Shown piece after piece: positions 58,201 to 64,000 of a stretch of 64,000 bases of DNA. The stretch is taken from NCBI GenBank assembly GCA_964016885.1, contig OZ024742.1:198958001-199022000 (forward strand). Reading direction: 5' to 3'. The DNA comes from Eledone cirrhosa (lineage: Eukaryota). The translations under genes and the position numbers were made by a program. The first letter of the stretch is position 1; every line of letters starts with the position of its first letter. The notes beneath the pieces were generated by a model that was not told where the DNA came from, made no database searches, and saw only the letters and a program-made list of their open reading frames with translations.

Positions 58201-61200
58201 CAACTGACCACAACATATTAAATGTAGTGTTTACTACTGCCACAACTGACCACAACATATTAAATGTAGTGTTTACTCCTGCCACAACTGACCCCAACAT
58301 ATTAAATGTAGTGTTTACTCCTGCCACAACTGACCACAACATATTAAATGTAGTGTTTACTCCTGCCACAACTGACCCCAACATATTAAATGTAGTCTTT
58401 ACTCCTGCCACAACTGACCACAACATATTAAATGTAGTGTTTACTCCAGCCACAACTGACCACAACATATTAAATGTAGTGTTTACCCCTGCCACAACTG
58501 ACAACAACATATTAAATGTAGTGTTTACTCCAGCCACAACTGACCACAACATATTAAATGTAGTGTTTACTCCTGCCACAACTGACCACAACATATTAAA
58601 TGTAGTGTTTACTCCTGCCACAACTGACCACAACATATTAAATGTAGTGTTTACTCCTGCCACAACTGACCCCAACATATTAAATGTAGTTTTTACTCCT
58701 GCCACAACTGACCCCAACATATTAAATGTAGTGTTTACTCCTGCCACAACTGACCACAACATATTAAATGTAGTGTTTACTCCTGCCACAACTGACCCCA
58801 ACATATTAAATGTAGTGTTTACTCCTGCCACAACTGACCCCAACATATTAAATGTAGTGTTTACTCCTGCCACAACTGACCACAACATATTAAATGTAGT
58901 GTTTACTCCTGCCACAACTGACCACAACATATTAATTGTAGTGTTTACTCCTGCCACAACTGACCCCAACATATTAAATGTAGTGTTTACTCCTGCCACA
59001 ACTGACCCCAACATATTAAATGTAGTGTTTACTCCTGCCACAACTGACCACAACATATTAAATATAGTGTTTACTCCTGCCACAACTGACCACAACATAT
59101 TAAATGTAGTGTTTACTCCTGCCACAACTGACCACAACATATTAAATGTAGTGTTTACTCCTGCCACAACTGACCACAACATATTAATTGTAGTGTTTAC
59201 TCCTGCCACAACTGACCACAACATATTAAATGTAGTGTTTACTCCTGCCACAACTGACCACAACATATTAAATGTAGTGTTTACTCCTGCCACAACTGAC
59301 CACAACATATTAAATGTAGTGTTTACTCCTGCCACAACTGACCACAACATATTAAATGTAGTGTTTACTCCTGCCACAACTGACCACAACATATTAAATG
59401 TAGTGTTTACCCCTGCCACAACTGACCACAACATATTAAATGTAGTGTTTACTCCTGCCACAACTGACCACAACATATTAATTGTAGTGTTTACTCCTGC
59501 CACAACTGACCCCAACATATTAAATGTAGTGTTTACTCCTGCCACAACTGACCACAACATATTAAATATAGTGTTTACTCCTGCCACAACTGACCACAAC
59601 ATATTAAATATAGTGTTTACCCCTGCCACAACTGACCCCAACATATTAAATGTAGTGTTTACTCCTGCCACAACTGACCCCAACATATTAAATGTAGTGT
59701 TTACTCCTGCCACAACTGACCACAACATATTAAATGTAGTGTTTACTCCTGCCACAACTGACCACAACATATTAAATGTAGTGTTTACTACTGCCACAAC
59801 TGACCACAACATATTAAATGTAGTGTTTACTCCTGCCACAACTGACCCCAACATATTAAATGTAGTGTTTACTCCTGCCACAACTGACCACAACATATTA
59901 AATGTAGTGTTTACTCCTGCCACAACTGACCACAACATATTAAATGTAGTGTTTACTCCTGCCACAACTGACCACAACATATTAAATGTAGTGTTTACTC
60001 CTGCCACAACTGACCACAACATATTAAATGTAGTGTTTACTCCTGCCACAACTGACCACAACATATTAAATGTAGTGTTTACTCCTGCCACAACTGACCC
60101 CAACATATTAAATATAGTGTTTACTCCTGCCACAACTGACCACAACATATTAAATGTAGTGTTTACTCCTGCCACAACTGACCCCAACATATTAAATGTA
60201 GTGTTTACTCCTGCCACAACTGACCACAACATATTAAATGTAGTGTTTACTCCTGCCACAACTGACCCGAACATATTAAATGTAGTGTTTACTCCTGCCA
60301 CAACTGACCACAACATATTAAATGTAGTGTTTACTCCTGCCACAACTGACCACAACATATTAAATGTAGTGTTTACTCCTGCCACAACTGACCACAACAT
60401 ATTAAATGTAGTGTTTACTCCTGCCACAACTGACCACAACATATTAAATGTAGTGTTTACTACTGCCACAACTGACCACAACATATTAAATGTAGTGTTT
60501 ACTACTGCCACAACTGACCACAACATATTAAATGTAGTGTTTACTCCTGCCACAACTGACCCCAACATATTAAATGTAGTGTTTACTCCTGCCACAACTG
60601 ACCACAACATATTAAATGTAGTGTTTACTACTGCCACAACTGACCCCAACATATTAAATGTAGTGTTTACTCCTGCCACAACTGACCACAACATATTAAA
60701 TATAGTGTTTACTCCTGCCACAACTGACCACAACATATTAAATGTAGTGTTTACTCCTGCCACAACTGACCACAACATATTAAATGTAGTGTTTACTCCT
60801 GCCACAACTGACCACAACATATTAAATATAGTGTTTACTCCTGCCACAACTGACCACAACATATTAAATATAGTGTTTACTCCTGCCACAACTGACCCCA
60901 ACATATTAAATGTAGTGTTTACTCCTGCCACAACTGACCACAACATATTAAATGTAGTGTTTACTCCTGCCACAACTGACCCCAACATATTAAATGTAGT
61001 GTTTACTCCTGCCACAACTGACCCCAACATAATAAATGTAGTGTTTACTCCTGCCACAACTGACCCCAACATATTAAATGTAGTGTTTACTCCTGCCACA
61101 ACTGACCCGAACATATTAAATGTAGTGTTTACTCCTGCCACAACTGACCACAACATATTAAATGTAGTGTTTACTCCTGCCACAACTGACCCCAACATAT

Positions 61201-64000
61201 TAAATGTAGTGTTTACTCCTGCCACAACTGACCACAACATATTAAATGTAGTGTTTACTACTGCCACAACTGACCACAACATATTAAATGTAGTGTTTAC
61301 TCCAGCCACAACTGACCCGAACATATTAAATGTAGTGTTTACTCCTGCCACAACTGACCACAACATATTAAATGTAGTGTTTACTCCAGCCACAACTGAC
61401 CACAACATATTAAATGTAGTGTTTACTCCTGCCACAACTGACCACAACGTATTAAATGTAGTGTTTACTCCTGCCACAACTGACCACAACATATTAAATG
61501 TAGTGTTTACTCCTGCCACAACTGACCCCAACATATTAAATGTAGTGTTTACTCCTGCCACAACTGACCCCAACATATTAAATGTAGTGTTTACTCCTGC
61601 CACAACTGACCACAACATATTAAATATAGTGTTTACTCCTGCCACAACTGACCACAACATATTAAATATAGTGTTTACTCCTGCCACAACTGACCACAAC
61701 ATATTAAATGTAGTGTTTACTCCTGCCACAACTGACCACAACGTATTAAATGTAGTGTTTACTCCTGCCACAACTGACCACAACATATTAAATGTAGTGT
61801 TTACTCCTGCCACAACTGACCACAACGTATTAAATGTAGTGTTTACTCCTGCCACAACTGACCACAACATATTAAATGTAGTGTTTACTCCTGCCACAAC
61901 TGACCACAACGTATTAAATGTAGTGTTTACTCCTGCCACAACTGACCACAACGTATTAAATGTAGTGTTTACTCCTGCCACAACTGACCACAACGTATTA
62001 AATGTAGTGTTTACTCCTGCCACAACTGACCCCAACATATTAAATGTAGTGTTTACTCCTGCCACAACTGACCACAACATATTAAATATAGTGTTTACTC
62101 CTGCCACAACTGACCCCAACATATTAAATGTAGTGTTTACTCCTGCCACAACTGACCACAACGTATTAAATGTAGTGTTTACTCCTGCCACAACTGACCC
62201 CAACATATTAAATGTAGTGTTTACTCCTGCCACAACTGACCACAACATATTAAATATAGTGTTTACTCCTGCCACAACTGACCACAACATATTAAATGTA
62301 GTGTTTACTCCTGCCACAACTGACCACAACATATTAAATGTAGTGTTTACTCCAGCCACAACTGACCACAACATATTAAATGTAGTGTTTACTCCTGCCA
62401 CAACTGACCACAACGTATTAAATGTAGTGTTTACTCCTGCCACAACTGACCACAACATATTAAATGTAGTGTTTACTCCTGCCACAACTGACCCCAACAT
62501 ATTAAATGTAGTGTTTACTCCTGCCACAACTGACCCCAACATATTAAATGTAGTGTTTACTCCTGCCACAACTGACCACAACATATTAAATATAGTGTTT
62601 ACTCCTGCCACAACTGACCACAACATATTAAATGTAGTGTTTACTCCTGCCACAACTGACCCCAACATATTAAATGTAGTGTTTACCCCTGCCACAACTG
62701 ACCACAACATATTAAATGTAGTGTTTACTCCTGCCACAACTGACCACAACATATTAAATATAGTGTTTACTCCTGCCACAACTGACCCCAACATATTAAA
62801 TGTAGTGTTTACTCCTGCCACAACTGACCCCAACATATTAAATGTAGTGTTTACTCCTGCCACAACTGACCCGAACATATTAAATGTAGTGTTTACTCCT
62901 GCCACAACTGACCACAACATATTAATTGTAGTGTTTACTCCTGCCACAACTGACCACACCATATTAAATATAGTGTTTACTCCTGCCACAACTGACTCCG
63001 ACATATTAAATGTAGTGTTTACTCCTGCCACAACTGACCCCAACATATTAAATGTAGTGTTTACTCCTGCCACAACTGACTCCGACATATTAAATGTAGT
63101 GTTTACTCCTGCCACAACTGACCACACCATATTAAATGTAGTGTTTACTCCTGCCACAACTGACCCGAACATATTAAATGTAGTGTTTACTCCTGCCACA
63201 ACTGACCCCAACATATTAAATATAGTGTTTACTCCTGCCACAACTGACTCCGACATATTAAATGTAGTGTTTACTCCTGCCACAACTGACCCCAACATAT
63301 TAAATGTAGTGTTTACTCCTGCCACAACTGACCACACCATATTAAATATAGTGTTTACTCCTGCCACAACTGACTCCGACATATTAAATGTAGTGTTTAC
63401 TCCTGCCACAACTGACCCCAACATATTAAATGTAGTGTTTACTCCTGCCACAACTGACCACAACATATTAAATGTAGTGTTTACTCCTGCCACAACTGAC
63501 CACAACATATTAAATGTAGTGTTTACTACTGCGACAACTGACCACAACATATTAAATGTAGTGTTTACTCCTGCCACAACTGACCCCAACATATTAAATG
63601 TAGTGTTTACTCCTGCTACAACTGACCTCAACATATTAAATGTAGTGTTTACTCCTGCCACAACTGACCACAACATATTAAATATAGTGTTTACTCCTGC
63701 CACAACTGACCACAACATATTAAATGTAGTGTTTACTCCTGCCACAACTGACCACAACATATTAAATGTAGTGTTTACTCCTGCCACAACTGACCCCAAC
63801 ATATTAAATGTAGTGTTTACTCCTGCCACAACTGACCACAACATATTAAATGTAGTGTTTACTCCAGCCACAACTGACCCCAACATATTAAATGTAGTGT
63901 TTACTCCTGCCACAACTGACCACAACATATTAAATGTAGTGTTTACTCCTGCCACAACTGACCACAACATATTAAATGTAGTGTTTACTCCTGCCACAAC

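Larger units (their letters stand above)
1..64000 (+). repeat. Tandem satellite/minisatellite array, 42-bp monomer TTAAATGTAGTGTTTACTCCTGCCACAACTGACCACAACATA, ~1,520 copies
   Basis: Read directly: 42-bp period throughout, mostly 0-2 substitutions per monomer (commonest A35C, then C19A, G7A, T21A, T18C, A37G, C34A), single orientation, interrupted only by two 98-bp inserts and a few 1-3 bp deletions. Confidence 0.99.

Noticed and set aside
10-63997. Giant mucin-like or adhesin-like repeat proteins on either strand
   Set aside because: No unique N- or C-terminal domain, signal peptide or credible start; both strands are open; many frameshifts; variants are mostly nonsynonymous. A 14-codon unit is often stop-free by chance.
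1-64000. CRISPR array or other repeat-spacer system
   Set aside because: Repeats abut directly with no unique spacers, leader or cas genes. The 98-bp insert is too long for a spacer, is duplicated, and interrupts a repeat mid-unit.
1-64000. Binary A35/C35 pattern as encoded information or synthetic DNA
   Set aside because: The pattern is explained by nested duplications with linked rare variants, as expected for natural satellite turnover.
1-64000. Telomeric repeat, rRNA, tRNA or inversion within the array
   Set aside because: No TTAGGG-type units, no structured-RNA similarity, and no reverse-orientation monomers seen.

Overview
The whole 64-kb window is one head-to-tail array of a 42-bp monomer (consensus TTAAATGTAGTGTTTACTCCTGCCACAACTGACCACAACATA, 38% GC, no CpG, about 1,520 copies, one orientation, running off both ends). 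It reads as eukaryotic satellite/minisatellite DNA. The giant ORFs on both strands are a by-product of a 14-codon unit that lacks stops in one frame per strand; I call no genes, RNAs or CRISPR. The only non-array sequence is a 98-bp insert present twice (40787-40884 and 43131-43228), flanked by an apparent ~20-bp target-site duplication. From memory it resembles a 5'-truncated Meta/MESC-domain SINE of the type abundant in Octopus; this needs a database search. Rare monomer variants act as a barcode for nested duplications: 3-, 7-, 8/9-, 32/33-, 98/99- and 180-monomer units plus the 2344-bp insert-bearing unit, and blocks shared about 50 kb apart. Several variants also happen to repair a quasi-palindrome inside the monomer. 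Monomer positions are numbered from the TTAAAT start. Duplication boundaries were read by eye and are approximate to a few monomers.
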